DNA of 64,000 nucleotides from Candidatus Parcubacteria bacterium (GCA_023130975.1 JAGMAD010000003.1:65109-129108); one strand, 5' to 3'. Shown: positions 50,384 to 60,183, counted from the stretch's first letter. The notes: generated from the sequence alone by a model not told the origin. Numbers and translations are program-made.

Positions 50384-51287
50384 GAAGTTATATGCTCCGG
50401 TAGATTATTATCAGATAAATAATCAAATTCCAGAAATTTGTGAGTTGAAGGGAATAGAAATTCTACCTTCTAAATTGGCTTGGGAAAGATATAGCTGGAC
50501 CAAAAAATATTTTTCAAAAAAGCCAAAAAGCGGCTATTTTATTTGGGTTAAAGAACAACCTAAATCAGCACTTTTTACTTGTATAAGCATAGCCAACAAA
50601 AACATAAGACAGGAGCTTCAAAACCTTTTAGTTGTAGAAAAGGATTTGAAAGTAGAACTTCAAGGAGCCTGTAATGTTTTAAAAAAGAATTTAGCTGGAA
50701 TTCATCAGACACAAGGAAAAATTATTTTAAAGCAAGGTTCTGTTCTCAAATATAATCACATTCATTCCTGGGGCGATAGAGATATTATAGAACCAGATTA
50801 TGAATTTTTTTTAGAGAAAAAAGCAAAAATAGATTATAATTATAAAATTTTGTCTTCTCCTAAATTACTAAAAACAAAAACCTTGATTACTCTTTTGGAA
50901 AATTCTTCTGCTAATATTAATATTGTAGGAAATTTCTCTAAAACAAAAGCAGAAATTAGAGAAAGTTTAATTCTAAAAGAAAGAGGTGCTTCAGGAATAG
51001 TAAAGCTTAGATTGGTGGGAAGCAAAAATAGTGAAATTACTGCTCATTCTCAAATAAAAGCTCAAGCTGAAAGCAAAGGTCATTTGGATTGCCAAGGACT
51101 GCTAATTGACAAGACGGCTAAAATTTCTTTAATTCCAGAATTGATTTGTGAAAACAAAAAAGCCCAAATTACTCATGAGGCATCTATTGGAAAAATCTCA
51201 GAAGAGGAATTAAGTTATTTAAGAACGCGTGGCTTAAACGAAAAAGAAGCTATTAATTTAATTGTTAATGGATTTTTAGAAAATTAA
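50340..51287 (+). CDS. Fe-S cluster assembly scaffold protein SufB/SufD family
   Basis: C-terminal ITHEASIGKISEEELSYLRTRGLNEKEAINLIVNGF matches the SufB/D signature. Overlaps sufC by 44 nt. Confidence 0.8.
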   Translation: MAMKNVKNVADRAYKKLYAPVDYYQINNQIPEICELKGIEILPSKLAWERYSWTKKYFSKKPKSGYFIWVKEQPKSALFTCISIANKNIRQELQNLLVVEKDLKVELQGACNVLKKNLAGIHQTQGKIILKQGSVLKYNHIHSWGDRDIIEPDYEFFLEKKAKIDYNYKILSSPKLLKTKTLITLLENSSANINIVGNFSKTKAEIRESLILKERGASGIVKLRLVGSKNSEITAHSQIKAQAESKGHLDCQGLLIDKTAKISLIPELICENKKAQITHEASIGKISEEELSYLRTRGLNEKEAINLIVNGFLEN

Positions 51288-51289
51288 TT

Positions 51290-51877
51290 ATGGATGTTGA
51301 AAAAATAGAAAAAGAACTAAGAAAAATAAAGGATGAAGTTTTACGATGCCAAAAATGTGTGCTTTATCAAACTCGAACTTATCCAGTTATTGGAGAAGGC
51401 AATCACCAAGCAAAAATAGTATTTATTGGCGAAGCGCCCGGTGAATCAGAAGACAAAACCGGTCGGCCTTTTTGCGGAGCAGCTGGTAAAGTTTTGGATG
51501 AGCTTTTAAATTCTGCTGGAATTGAGAGAACAGATGTCTATATTTGTAATATTCTCAAATGCCGTCCGCCGGAAAATCGCAATCCTAAAATAGAAGAGAT
51601 AGAGGCCTGTACTCCTTATCTTCTAAAACAAATTGAAATTATAAAACCCAAAGTAATCTGCACTTTGGGTAATTTTTCCACTGCTTTTATTTTTGAAAAA
51701 TACGGCCTGAAAGATAAAATTGAGGGGATAAGTAAAATTCATGGAAATGTTTTTGAGGCAAAAACTCTATTTGGTTCTCTAAAAATCATTCCTCTCTATC
51801 ATCCAGCAGCTGCCACCTACAATCCCAATATGAAAGAAACTCTCAAAAAAGATTTCCAAATCCTTAAGAAAATTTAA
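51290..51877 (+). CDS. udg: Uracil-DNA glycosylase, family 4
   Basis: C..C..........GEG......FIGEAPG..ED..G.PF.G.AG pattern (CQKCVLYQTR..GEGNHQAKIVFIGEAPGESEDKTGRPFCGAAG). Confidence 0.9.
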   Translation: MDVEKIEKELRKIKDEVLRCQKCVLYQTRTYPVIGEGNHQAKIVFIGEAPGESEDKTGRPFCGAAGKVLDELLNSAGIERTDVYICNILKCRPPENRNPKIEEIEACTPYLLKQIEIIKPKVICTLGNFSTAFIFEKYGLKDKIEGISKIHGNVFEAKTLFGSLKIIPLYHPAAATYNPNMKETLKKDFQILKKI

Positions 51878-52050
51878 CAGGAACTGTTTAAAGTGGAAGT
51901 TTAAACAGTAGTTTAAAGGCGAAGTCGCATTCTGGATATTTCGCAAAGATTCACCTTATATTTATTTGCCCGACTCATTTCTTTTTGATAAGATTAGATT
52001 AGAAAGTAGGAAATGTCCATAGAAAAATATCAATAAGAGGAAAAACAGAA

Positions 52051-52749
52051 ATGATGACAAAAAAGAAAATTATTTCATTATTAGGATTAGACAAACCAAT
52101 AAATAAAAAATGGATTCTTTCAATAATATTAATAATATTGAGCCCTTTTATTTTATTTGGTCTATTATTTGGTCTATTACGGATCTATGATTCAGTTTAT
52201 CTCATTTATATTGACTACTTGCCTGTACCGGAATATCAGAAAAGAACCGAGCCAATAAACATTTGGTCTCTTTGTGAAAAGATCAAAGATAGCCAATCAC
52301 AGGAATTATGTTTTACCATAGTAAAAGAAAAAGATTTTGAGAAGTGTTTAGATTTGGTAAGTGAAGTAAAAAAGTATTCCTCAGAAAATTATCCCTGGTA
52401 TGATTTCCCTTTTTATTCTTCGCCTCGCTACAATTATTTTCCCGGAGGAGTAGAAAGAATGATTAGGGAAGGCAAAAATTATGATTCTGATTGGTGGTGT
52501 AGAGAAATTTACTTTCCTTATGTTTACGTTGAGGAAGATTATTATTTTTGTCGAGCCTTTTTAGAAAATCCTCACTTTTGCAGTAAAATACTCTATTCAA
52601 TAGGACCATCTAAGAAGATATGTTACCAAGATGCCGCCTTTGTCTGGGAAGATCCTTTATTATGTCAAAAAGCTGAATATCCGGACTTTTGTTATCTTCG
52701 CATAGTGCTAAAATATTTGGAAACTCAAGAAAAAAAGATGATTAAATAA
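52051..52749 (+). CDS. Hypothetical Cys-rich membrane-anchored protein (232 aa)
   Basis: ORF with an N-terminal TM helix and many Cys, Tyr and Trp residues. No recognisable motif. Confidence 0.6.
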   Translation: MMTKKKIISLLGLDKPINKKWILSIILIILSPFILFGLLFGLLRIYDSVYLIYIDYLPVPEYQKRTEPINIWSLCEKIKDSQSQELCFTIVKEKDFEKCLDLVSEVKKYSSENYPWYDFPFYSSPRYNYFPGGVERMIREGKNYDSDWWCREIYFPYVYVEEDYYFCRAFLENPHFCSKILYSIGPSKKICYQDAAFVWEDPLLCQKAEYPDFCYLRIVLKYLETQEKKMIK

Positions 52750-52757
52750 AAAAAATA

Positions 52758-52800
52758 GGGTTATGGAATTTTTAAGGAATTCCATAACCCTTTCTGTTTT
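52758..52800. terminator. Bidirectional terminator between convergent hypothetical genes
   Basis: GGGTTATGGAATT-TTTAAGG-AATTCCATAACCC flanked by an A-run and a T-run. Confidence 0.8.
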
Positions 52801-52832
52801 TATTTCTTTTGCAGTTTTTGGGGATTTTTAGC

Positions 52833-53264
52833 TCAATCCCACATCCACCCGTCGTCAAAGCTTATGGTTGTTACCCGTCTTGTTGTGTCATATCGCCAAC
52901 AGTGAAATAGAATTTCCGTGGCTACTGTTTCTCGAGAGCGCCATTGGTATGGCCAGGATTTTCCGGTCTGACTTTCCCACGAATCAATTGTCCAATATGA
53001 CAATGCCCAGGCACCATTCCAATATTTTCCAACACTGTCTCCTTCTGATGTTAATTTAATTCGCACTCCGCCATTATCCTCGTCGAGCCATGGAGGTCCA
53101 GCAGGAGTTATATCCTGAAAGTATATACTGGCTGGATATGGCGGTGTTTCTGCTTGAACTAGCATTACAGTTGTGCTTATCGCTAATACGACTAACATTG
53201 CTATCACCACAGAGATTACTTTCTTTTTGGTATTCATTTTTTCTTTTTTCTCCTTTTCGTTCAA
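52833..53264 (-). CDS. Hypothetical secreted Trp-rich protein (143 aa)
   Basis: Signal/anchor helix ending ..VQA then a Trp/Gly-rich domain. Visibly higher GC than its neighbours. GGAG lies upstream of the ATG. Confidence 0.6.
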   Translation of the reverse strand: MNEKEKKEKMNTKKKVISVVIAMLVVLAISTTVMLVQAETPPYPASIYFQDITPAGPPWLDEDNGGVRIKLTSEGDSVGKYWNGAWALSYWTIDSWESQTGKSWPYQWRSRETVATEILFHCWRYDTTRRVTTISFDDGWMWD

Positions 53265-53293
53265 CGGCTATCCAAGGTTCTCATTATTCTGGT

Positions 53294-53361
53294 ATCTCGG
53301 ATAACCTAATTTATCTACCAAGTTTCTGATATTTTGACAAACAAATTAGGATATCCGAGAT
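53294..53361. promoter_or_regulatory. 19-bp inverted repeat flanking a promoter-like TTGTCA-N17-TAGATA (minus strand) upstream of the 143-aa gene
   Basis: Arms ATCTCGGATAACCTAATTT (53294-53312) and AAATTAGGATATCCGAGAT (53343-53361) with one mismatch. The 30-nt spacer carries the -35 and most of the -10 on the minus strand. Confidence 0.55.
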
Positions 53362-53453
53362 TCATTCAATCCATATTTTTTTTGGAAAGAACTATCACTG
53401 AAAAAGTTCTATTTTCTTTTTATCAAAATTTAGAAATCTTGTTAAACCAACAG

Positions 53454-55508
53454 TTAAAAGTTTTCTCTTTTGTAATCACACTCTTTATTAGAACATTTCA
53501 CTTGGCCTTTTTTTGTTTGGACTAAAAGAGAACCGCATTCAGGACATTTCTCATTAATTGGTTTGTCCCAGAGAGCAAAATCACATTTTGGATATTGATT
53601 GCAGGCATAAAATGTTTTTCCTTTTTTAGTTCTTTTTTCAACAATTTCTCCTTTGCTGCATTTAGGACATTTTATATTCAAGGACGGTCTTTCCAATGGT
53701 TTGATGTATCTGCATTTTGGAAAGTTAGAACAGGCATAAAATTTCCCGAATCTGCTCATTTTTTTTACTAAAGGCGAACCGCATTCAGGACATTTTTCAT
53801 TTGTTTCTTCTTCAGCAATTTCTTTTTTATCTATTTCTTTTTCTTTCACTTTCAAGTTTTTTTCAAAAGGTTCGTAGAATTCTTTTATTACCGGAACCCA
53901 TTTTCTCTTGCCTTCAGCTATTTCATCTAAATCCTTTTCCATTTCTGCTGTGAATTTTATATCTACAATATTAGGAAAATGTTTGACTAAAAGGTCATTA
54001 ACTAAAATTCCTATTTCAGTCGGCTGAAATTTTTTGTTTTCATTTTTCTGAACATAATTTCTTTCCTGAATTGTAGAAATTGTGGGCGCATAAGTTGAAG
54101 GTCTGCCAATGCCGTTTTCTTCCAGGACCTTAATCAAACTGGCTTCAGTATATCTGCCTGGTGGTTGGGTAAAATGTTGCGAAGAAATAAGTTTTAAGAG
54201 TTCTAAAATCTCGTTGCCTTCCAGCAATGGCAGTTCTGTTTCTTCAAATTTTATAGGATAGATTTTCAAAAAACCGTCAAATTTTAGAGTTTGACCCGAA
54301 ACTCTAAAAATATAGTTCTTGGCAGATATATTAATAGTCGTGGAATCAAAACAGGCTTGTGCCATTTGACAAGCAATAAATCTCCGCCAAATTAAATCAT
54401 AAAGACGGAACTGGTTATCATCTAACTTTTCTTTAATCTTTATTTTGTCTGGTTCTTTATCAGGATAAGCAGGTCTTATAGCTTCGTGGGCTTCTTGGGC
54501 GCCTTTTGCTTTTGTTTTGTATTTCTTCAAAAATCCAGCCCAATATTCTTTTCCAAGATTATCAATGATAAATTTTCTGGCTGCAAACAAAGACATTTCA
54601 GATAGATTTAACGAATCAGTTCTATGATAGGTAATAAGTCCTTTTTCATAGAGACCTTGTGCAGTTCTCATTGTTAATTTTGCTGGCCAGCGCAATCTTT
54701 TCCAGGATTCTTGCTGTAAAGTGGAAGTAGTAAAAGGAGGCAAAGGATTTCTTTTTATTTCTTTTTTTTCAATATTGACGACTTTGTATTCCGCACCTTT
54801 TAAGTCCTTAACAATCTTTTCCGCCTCATTTTTTGTTTTAATTCCCAGTTTCGGAATTACTTTATTATCTTTTTTAATAAGTTTTGCCAAAAATTCATTT
54901 TTCGCGTTGCTTTCGCGTGATTGAAGCAAAGCTTCAATCAGCCAGTATTCTTCTGGCTTGAAATTTTCAATTTCTCTCTCCCGCTCCACTATCAGTCGCA
55001 CTGTTACTGATTGGACTCTTCCAGCAGATAATCCTCGGGCAACTTTTTTCCATAAAAGAGGGGATAGTTTATAGCCGACTAAACGGTCTAAAACTCTTCT
55101 TGCTTGCTGAGCATTAAATAAACTTATATCAATATCACGAGGATTTTTTAGTGCTTCTTCAATCGCTTGTTTAGTTATTTCGTGAAAGACAATCCTCTGA
55201 TGTTTTTTACCATTTAAATTTAAAATTTGACTTAGATGATAAGCGATTGCTTCTCCTTCTCTATCTTCGTCAGTAGCCAAGATAAGCAGGTCTGCTTTTT
55301 GAGATTCTTTTTTAAGCAAAGAGACAACCTTTCTTGACTTTAAAGGAATAACATATTTCGGTTTAAAATCGTTTTCTATATCAATTCCTAATTCGCTTTT
55401 TGGTAAATCACGAATGTGTCCGTAAGAAGACAACACCTTGTATTCGGAGCTTAAGAATGATTGAATTGTTTTTGATTTCGTTGGGCTCTCTACTAAAATT
55501 AAGTTCAT
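53454..55508 (-). CDS. topA: DNA topoisomerase I
   Basis: MNLILVESPTKSKTI (Toprim), ATDEDREGEAI, active-site region ITYHRTDS, and three C-terminal C4 zinc ribbons. Confidence 0.95.
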   Translation of the reverse strand: MNLILVESPTKSKTIQSFLSSEYKVLSSYGHIRDLPKSELGIDIENDFKPKYVIPLKSRKVVSLLKKESQKADLLILATDEDREGEAIAYHLSQILNLNGKKHQRIVFHEITKQAIEEALKNPRDIDISLFNAQQARRVLDRLVGYKLSPLLWKKVARGLSAGRVQSVTVRLIVEREREIENFKPEEYWLIEALLQSRESNAKNEFLAKLIKKDNKVIPKLGIKTKNEAEKIVKDLKGAEYKVVNIEKKEIKRNPLPPFTTSTLQQESWKRLRWPAKLTMRTAQGLYEKGLITYHRTDSLNLSEMSLFAARKFIIDNLGKEYWAGFLKKYKTKAKGAQEAHEAIRPAYPDKEPDKIKIKEKLDDNQFRLYDLIWRRFIACQMAQACFDSTTINISAKNYIFRVSGQTLKFDGFLKIYPIKFEETELPLLEGNEILELLKLISSQHFTQPPGRYTEASLIKVLEENGIGRPSTYAPTISTIQERNYVQKNENKKFQPTEIGILVNDLLVKHFPNIVDIKFTAEMEKDLDEIAEGKRKWVPVIKEFYEPFEKNLKVKEKEIDKKEIAEEETNEKCPECGSPLVKKMSRFGKFYACSNFPKCRYIKPLERPSLNIKCPKCSKGEIVEKRTKKGKTFYACNQYPKCDFALWDKPINEKCPECGSLLVQTKKGQVKCSNKECDYKRENF

Positions 55509-55514
55509 AAAAAT

Positions 55515-56405
55515 TTAGCGCAATAGAGCGAAGATATTTCTCCCTAAATCCCTTACTTTGTTTTTTATTTCCAAATTAGAAAGAGTGCTTGCTACTTTGG
55601 CTGGACTAAGTTTTGTTCTTTCAATTATTTTATCAATATACAATGCTTGTTGCGATAAAGCAATCAAAACGAGTTTTTCTGCTTCATTTTCTCCTTTAAT
55701 CTCGGGTTTAAAATTGCTGTGGCTGTTGATGTCAAACATCAACAGCTCTGGGTTTAATTCTTTTAGAATGTCTTGGGCGTTTTCTACTAGCTTTGCGCCT
55801 CGTTTAATTAGAAAATGGCAGCCTTTAGAATTCCGGGAGTAAATAGAACCAGGCAGAGCAAAAACTTTTCTTCCCTGCTTCCTTGCCCATTCAGCAGTAA
55901 TTAAAGCGCCGGATTTTTCTTTTGCCTCCACAACTAAAATACCCAGACATAAGCCAGAAATTATCCGATTTCTATTTGGAAAACTAAAATTAGAACCGGG
56001 AGTTCCAGAAGGATATTCAGAAATTAAAAGGCCGTTGTTTTCTAAAACTTTTTCTACTATTTTTAAATTTGATTGGGGATAAATAGTTTTTTCATCTAAG
56101 CCGGTTCCTAAAACAGCGATTGTTCGTTTTTCTCTTTCTAAGACCCCTAAATGGGCAAAAGTATCAATTCCTTGAGCAAAACCGCTGACAATGGTTAAGC
56201 CAGCTTCACTTAAATCACCAGCGATTTCTAAAGCTGCTTGCTTTCCATAAGAAGAACACATTCTGGTGCCAACAATTCCAAAACAGGGTTCTTCAGCAAT
56301 TATTTTTCCTCTGTAATAAAGAACCTCTGGCGCATTTTTAATCTCTTTTAATCGCTTCGGATAATCTTTATCCTCAATTGAAATGGTTTTTATCTCGTCA
56401 GTCAT
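55515..56405 (-). CDS. dprA: DNA processing protein DprA (Smf)
   Basis: GIVGTRMCSSYG, VSGFAQGIDTFAH and LPGSIYSRNSKGCH blocks. Confidence 0.9.
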   Translation of the reverse strand: MTDEIKTISIEDKDYPKRLKEIKNAPEVLYYRGKIIAEEPCFGIVGTRMCSSYGKQAALEIAGDLSEAGLTIVSGFAQGIDTFAHLGVLEREKRTIAVLGTGLDEKTIYPQSNLKIVEKVLENNGLLISEYPSGTPGSNFSFPNRNRIISGLCLGILVVEAKEKSGALITAEWARKQGRKVFALPGSIYSRNSKGCHFLIKRGAKLVENAQDILKELNPELLMFDINSHSNFKPEIKGENEAEKLVLIALSQQALYIDKIIERTKLSPAKVASTLSNLEIKNKVRDLGRNIFALLR

Positions 56406-56517
56406 TTTTTAATTTAACACTATTTCCAAAATTTGACAAAAATTTGATAGTATAGTATGATTGGATTGTAAATTAACAGTAGAATATGGAAAAATTTAGG
56501 AGGTGAAAAGAGAAAAA

Positions 56518-56835
56518 ATGGTGAATAAAAGTTATGGATATGGATTAGTAGCTTTGTCATTTTTGCGTTTTGAAAAGGCGCGAGTAGAAATTGATTACGC
56601 AAAAAGCAGAAATTCCGCAGTAGATATCAGTTTTCAATTAGTGCATTATGACAGTGGATATGAGATAAGACGCTACGTTTTGAAGCTCAAACAGCACCCA
56701 GAAATTTTAGATGTCAAAAAATGTCCCTTGCATATTGATTTAAAAGTGAAGACAAGGGGTTTAAGTTTTGAAGCGGCAAAACGGAAGTGTCTTGATGTTA
56801 TAGCAGGAGCATTAAACGCAGAAGAAACCTTTTAA
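56518..56835 (+). CDS. Hypothetical protein (105-110 aa)
   Basis: ORF only. GTG 56503 overlaps a GGAGG and ATG 56518 is the alternative start. A hairpin plus T-run follows. Confidence 0.5.
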   Translation: MVNKSYGYGLVALSFLRFEKARVEIDYAKSRNSAVDISFQLVHYDSGYEIRRYVLKLKQHPEILDVKKCPLHIDLKVKTRGLSFEAAKRKCLDVIAGALNAEETF

Positions 56836-56934
56836 TATTTTTATGGGGAGTTTCAGATTGAAACTACTCCATTTTTTATTTGAATTTTTGGCGTACGTCA
56901 AAAATTCAAATTACTATTCTCTGTTCTTTGCTCA

Positions 56935-57501
56935 CTAATTATATTTTCCCATTGTCTTTTCTATTCCTTGTTTTGTTGCGAACTCAATCGCCTGGCAGGT
57001 TTTTTGCACAGTTCCTTCTATAACTTTTTCTTCTTCTTTTGTAAATTTTTTCAAAACAAAATTCTCAATATTTTGAATTCCCAGTTTTTTATTTTTAATT
57101 CCGACTCTAAAACGAGCAAAGTTTTTCGTTCCCAATTCATCAATAATAGATTGGACTCCTTTATGTCCGGCTGAACCACGATTTTGAACAATTTTCATTT
57201 TACCTAATTCTAAATCAATGTCATCATGAACCACCCACAATTCTTGTCTCTTGTCTCTTGTCTCTTGTTTCATAGTTTTAACTGCCTTACCTGATTCATT
57301 CATAAAGGTTTGTGGCTCGGCCAAGATTATCTTTTTAGCATTTATAATTCCCTCTGAAATTTCTGCCTTGAATTTCTTTTTTAATTGCCAATCAGAAAAA
57401 CCGTGAATTTTCTGAAATTCATCTAAGACCATAAATCCGACATTATGCCGGGTTTTTTTATATTTTTCTCCGGGATTGCCAAGACCAACAATTAAAATCA
57501 T
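56935..57501 (-). CDS. pth: Peptidyl-tRNA hydrolase
   Basis: MILIVGLGNPG..Y..TRHNVGF, and HDDIDL..G..K....GS.GHKG. Confidence 0.93.
   Translation of the reverse strand: MILIVGLGNPGEKYKKTRHNVGFMVLDEFQKIHGFSDWQLKKKFKAEISEGIINAKKIILAEPQTFMNESGKAVKTMKQETRDKRQELWVVHDDIDLELGKMKIVQNRGSAGHKGVQSIIDELGTKNFARFRVGIKNKKLGIQNIENFVLKKFTKEEEKVIEGTVQKTCQAIEFATKQGIEKTMGKYN
57242..57268 (-). repeat. In-frame (TCTTGTC)x3 repeat in pth (minus-strand gene)
   Basis: The plus strand reads TCTTGTCTCTTGTCTCTTGTCTCTTGT. It encodes KQETRDKRQE, just before the conserved WVVHDDIDL block. Confidence 0.8.
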
Positions 57502-57516
57502 AGATTTTAATTAAGT

Positions 57517-57635
57517 GTAAAATGTAAAGCGAAAAGCGAAAAGCGAAAAACAACAACTAAAAATTCAAAATAAAGAATAGTATTTTAAGTTTTACGCTTT
57601 TGTTTTACGTTTTAAGTTTTACGCTTTGCGTTTTC
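57517..57635. repeat. Intergenic imperfect inverted repeat built from GCGAAAA / TTTTACG oligo-repeats (pth-lepB divergent spacer)
   Basis: The left arm carries AAAGCGAAAAGCGAAAAGCGAAAAA. The right arm carries GTTTTACGCTTTTGTTTTACGTTTTAAGTTTTACGCTTTGCGTTTTC. Confidence 0.7.
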
Positions 57636-57647
57636 ATTATACCACTC

Positions 57648-57675
57648 TTGCCCTATTTGAGAAACTTGCTATAAT
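57648..57675 (+). promoter_or_regulatory. Promoter TTGCCC-N16-TGcTATAAT upstream of lepB
   Basis: The -10 ends 8 nt before ATG 57684, which implies a near-leaderless mRNA. Confidence 0.5.
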
Positions 57676-57683
57676 AGACACAT

Positions 57684-58238
57684 ATGAGAATTTTAAATGG
57701 GGTATTGTCGTTTATCTGGGAGATATCTAAAATTGTTATTATTGCTTTACTGATAGTAATTCCTATCCGCTATTTTATATTCCAGCCCTTTTTTGTAAAG
57801 GGTCAAAGTATGGAGCCGAATTTTCACAACGGTGATTATTTGATTATTGATGAAATATCTTATCGTTTTTCTGCTCCTGAAAGGGGAGAAATAGTAGTTT
57901 TCAAATATCCGAATAATCCTTCCCAACGTTATATTAAAAGAATTATTGGTTTGCCGGGAGAAACAATAAAAATAGAAGATAATAAAGTAAGTATTTTGAA
58001 CGACAACTATGAATTTGTACTGGATGAATCAAACTATCTTTCTGACTTTATACAAACGCCAGGAGATATTGTATTTCCATTAGGAGAAAATGAATATTTT
58101 GTTTTAGGGGATAACAGAACTGCTTCTTTTGATTCCCGGAAATGGGGCGCTTTATCAGAAGAAGATATTATAGGAAGAGTGTTTTTTAGAGCTTGGCCAA
58201 TGAGCGTCTTAGCCAAAATTGAAGCACCGGAATACTAA
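57684..58238 (+). CDS. lepB: Signal peptidase I
   Basis: GQSMEPNF (Ser box), YIKRIIGLPGE (Lys box) and GDNRTASFDSR. Confidence 0.92.
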   Translation: MRILNGVLSFIWEISKIVIIALLIVIPIRYFIFQPFFVKGQSMEPNFHNGDYLIIDEISYRFSAPERGEIVVFKYPNNPSQRYIKRIIGLPGETIKIEDNKVSILNDNYEFVLDESNYLSDFIQTPGDIVFPLGENEYFVLGDNRTASFDSRKWGALSEEDIIGRVFFRAWPMSVLAKIEAPEY

Positions 58239-58267
58239 CAATCATTTATCATTGATGACTGATCATT

Positions 58268-59548
58268 ATGAAGAAGTCGAAATTTCAAACTTTAACAGGA
58301 ATGCATGATATTTTAGCTGACAGGCAAAAGTATTTTCAAAAAATTTATAATACAGCTAAAGATATCGCTGACTTTTATGGTTTTGAAAAAATTGATACGC
58401 CAATAATTGAACAGGCAGAACTTTTTGAAAAAGGAACTGGTTTAGCTACTGATATTGTTCAGAAAGAGATGTATAGCTTTAGAACCAAAGGAGGGGATTG
58501 GGTAACCTTAAGACCAGATGGAACCCCTTCCATTGTCAGGGCCTATATTGAACATGGCATGCAGTCCCTTCCTCAACCAGTAAAGCTTTGGTACTCTGGT
58601 CCTTTTTTCCGGCATGAACGTCCACAAGCTGGCCGTTATAGACAGTTTCATCATATTGGTTTTGAGATATTAGGCGAGAAAAATTCAGTCATTGATGCTC
58701 AAATCATTCAAGTTTTCTATAATATTTTAAAGGAATTAAAGATTAAGGATATAATAATAGAGATAAACAGTATCGGAGATTCCCACTGCCGGTCCTATTA
58801 CAAAAAATTGTTAGTAAGTTATTTGAAAAATCGAGAGAGTTTGCTGTGTTCTAATTGTAGAAAGCGGCTTAGAGAAAATCCTTTAAGAGTTTTAGATTGT
58901 AAAGAAGAGAGATGCAAGAAAGTAGTCAGTCAAGCACCTCAGATGATTGACCATCTCTGCGATGAGTGTAATCAGCACTTTAAAGAAGTTTTAGAATTTT
59001 TAGATGATATGGAGCTTCCTTATAATCTTAGTCCATATTTAGTTAGAGGTCTTGACTATTATACTAAAACCGTTTTTGAAATATATCAAGACACAGAAGA
59101 AGGTAGAAAGCAGGGCTCTTTAGCAGGTGGAGGAAGATATGATAGATTGGTTAAACTTTTAGGAGGAAGAGATGTACCAGCTTGTGGTGCTGCTTTAGGG
59201 GTAGAAAGAGTAATGAATGTAATGGAAAATATAGGAGTTCGGCTTCCTCAATCTTCTTCTCCCCGAGTTTTCTTAGCCCAATTAGGCACTCTTTCCAAGC
59301 AAAAGAGTTTGAAACTTTTTGAGGAGTTCAGAAAAGCTAAAATTCCAATAGCTGAATCGTTTAGCAAAGATTCTTTAAAAAGCCAGTTAAGAATAGCTGA
59401 TAAAATAGGAGTGGATTATACTTTAATCCTTGGTCAGAAAGAGGTTTTTGAAGGCATAATAATCTTAAGAGAGATGAAAACAGGGAAGCAGGAAACCGTG
59501 AAGATAGATAAAATAATTAATACAATGAGTAAAAAACTTAGGAAATAA
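58268..59548 (+). CDS. hisS: Histidine--tRNA ligase
   Basis: G..D......LRPDGT, FRHERPQAGRYRQF and GGGRYD class II motifs. Confidence 0.95.
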   Translation: MKKSKFQTLTGMHDILADRQKYFQKIYNTAKDIADFYGFEKIDTPIIEQAELFEKGTGLATDIVQKEMYSFRTKGGDWVTLRPDGTPSIVRAYIEHGMQSLPQPVKLWYSGPFFRHERPQAGRYRQFHHIGFEILGEKNSVIDAQIIQVFYNILKELKIKDIIIEINSIGDSHCRSYYKKLLVSYLKNRESLLCSNCRKRLRENPLRVLDCKEERCKKVVSQAPQMIDHLCDECNQHFKEVLEFLDDMELPYNLSPYLVRGLDYYTKTVFEIYQDTEEGRKQGSLAGGGRYDRLVKLLGGRDVPACGAALGVERVMNVMENIGVRLPQSSSPRVFLAQLGTLSKQKSLKLFEEFRKAKIPIAESFSKDSLKSQLRIADKIGVDYTLILGQKEVFEGIIILREMKTGKQETVKIDKIINTMSKKLRK

Positions 59549-59549
59549 T

Positions 59550-59906
59550 ATGGCTTGTCTTTTTTGTCAAATTATAAATAAAGAGATACCAGCTGATATA
59601 ATCTATGAGGATGAAAAATTTGTAGTTTTCAAGGATATTAAACCAAAAGCTCCTATTCATCTCTTAATTCTTCCTAAGAAACATATTCCTTCTGTTCAGC
59701 ATTTGGAATTAGAAGATAAAGAGCTGATAGGAGAATTATTTTTTCTTGCCAAAAAAATAGCTCAAGAAAGAGACATTGCTGAAAAGGGCTATAAATTGGT
59801 CTTTAATGTAGGAAGAGGAGGAGGGCAAGTAATAGAACATCTCCATTTACATTTAATCGCTGGCTGGAAAACGGCTCAGGAAAGAGATATTCCTGGAATG
59901 CCATAA
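59550..59906 (+). CDS. HIT family (HinT-like) nucleotide hydrolase
   Basis: CLFCQII N-terminus and histidine triad HLHLHLIAG. Confidence 0.9.
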   Translation: MACLFCQIINKEIPADIIYEDEKFVVFKDIKPKAPIHLLILPKKHIPSVQHLELEDKELIGELFFLAKKIAQERDIAEKGYKLVFNVGRGGGQVIEHLHLHLIAGWKTAQERDIPGMP

Positions 59907-59944
59907 AAAAGTTAAAAGTTAAAAATGAAAAATTTTAGAGAAAT

Positions 59945-60163
59945 ATGAGTATTCAAATAAAGAAACAACCTAGAGAAAACTCTCAATCTTTGACCAGACG
60001 CTTTTCCAGAAGGATTCAGCAAAGCGGGATTTTGCGTCGGGCAAAGAAGGCTAGATTCAGAGAAGAAACAAAAAGCAAACAATTAAAGAAAAGAGCGGCT
60101 TTAAGGAAAGAAGAATTAAAAAAGGAATACGAAGAGTTAAGAAAACTTGGTAAAGTAAAGTAA
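59945..60163 (+). CDS. rpsU: 30S ribosomal protein S21
   Basis: Small basic protein with L.RRF.R....SGIL...K...F.E.KSK..KK.AALRK pattern. Confidence 0.75.
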   Translation: MSIQIKKQPRENSQSLTRRFSRRIQQSGILRRAKKARFREETKSKQLKKRAALRKEELKKEYEELRKLGKVK

Positions 60164-60183
60164 ACTATCAAGACAGTAAACAT

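Noticed and set aside
53334-53525. 63-aa plus-strand ORF overlapping the topA 3' end
   Set aside because: It overlaps the end of topA and the promoter dyad, has a low-complexity translation and has no SD.
7440-58267. T-box leaders upstream of the six aaRS genes
   Set aside because: The upstream spacers are only about 30-100 nt (for example hisS 29 nt and ileS 73 nt), too short for a T-box. No AGAGA or T-box sequence motifs were seen.
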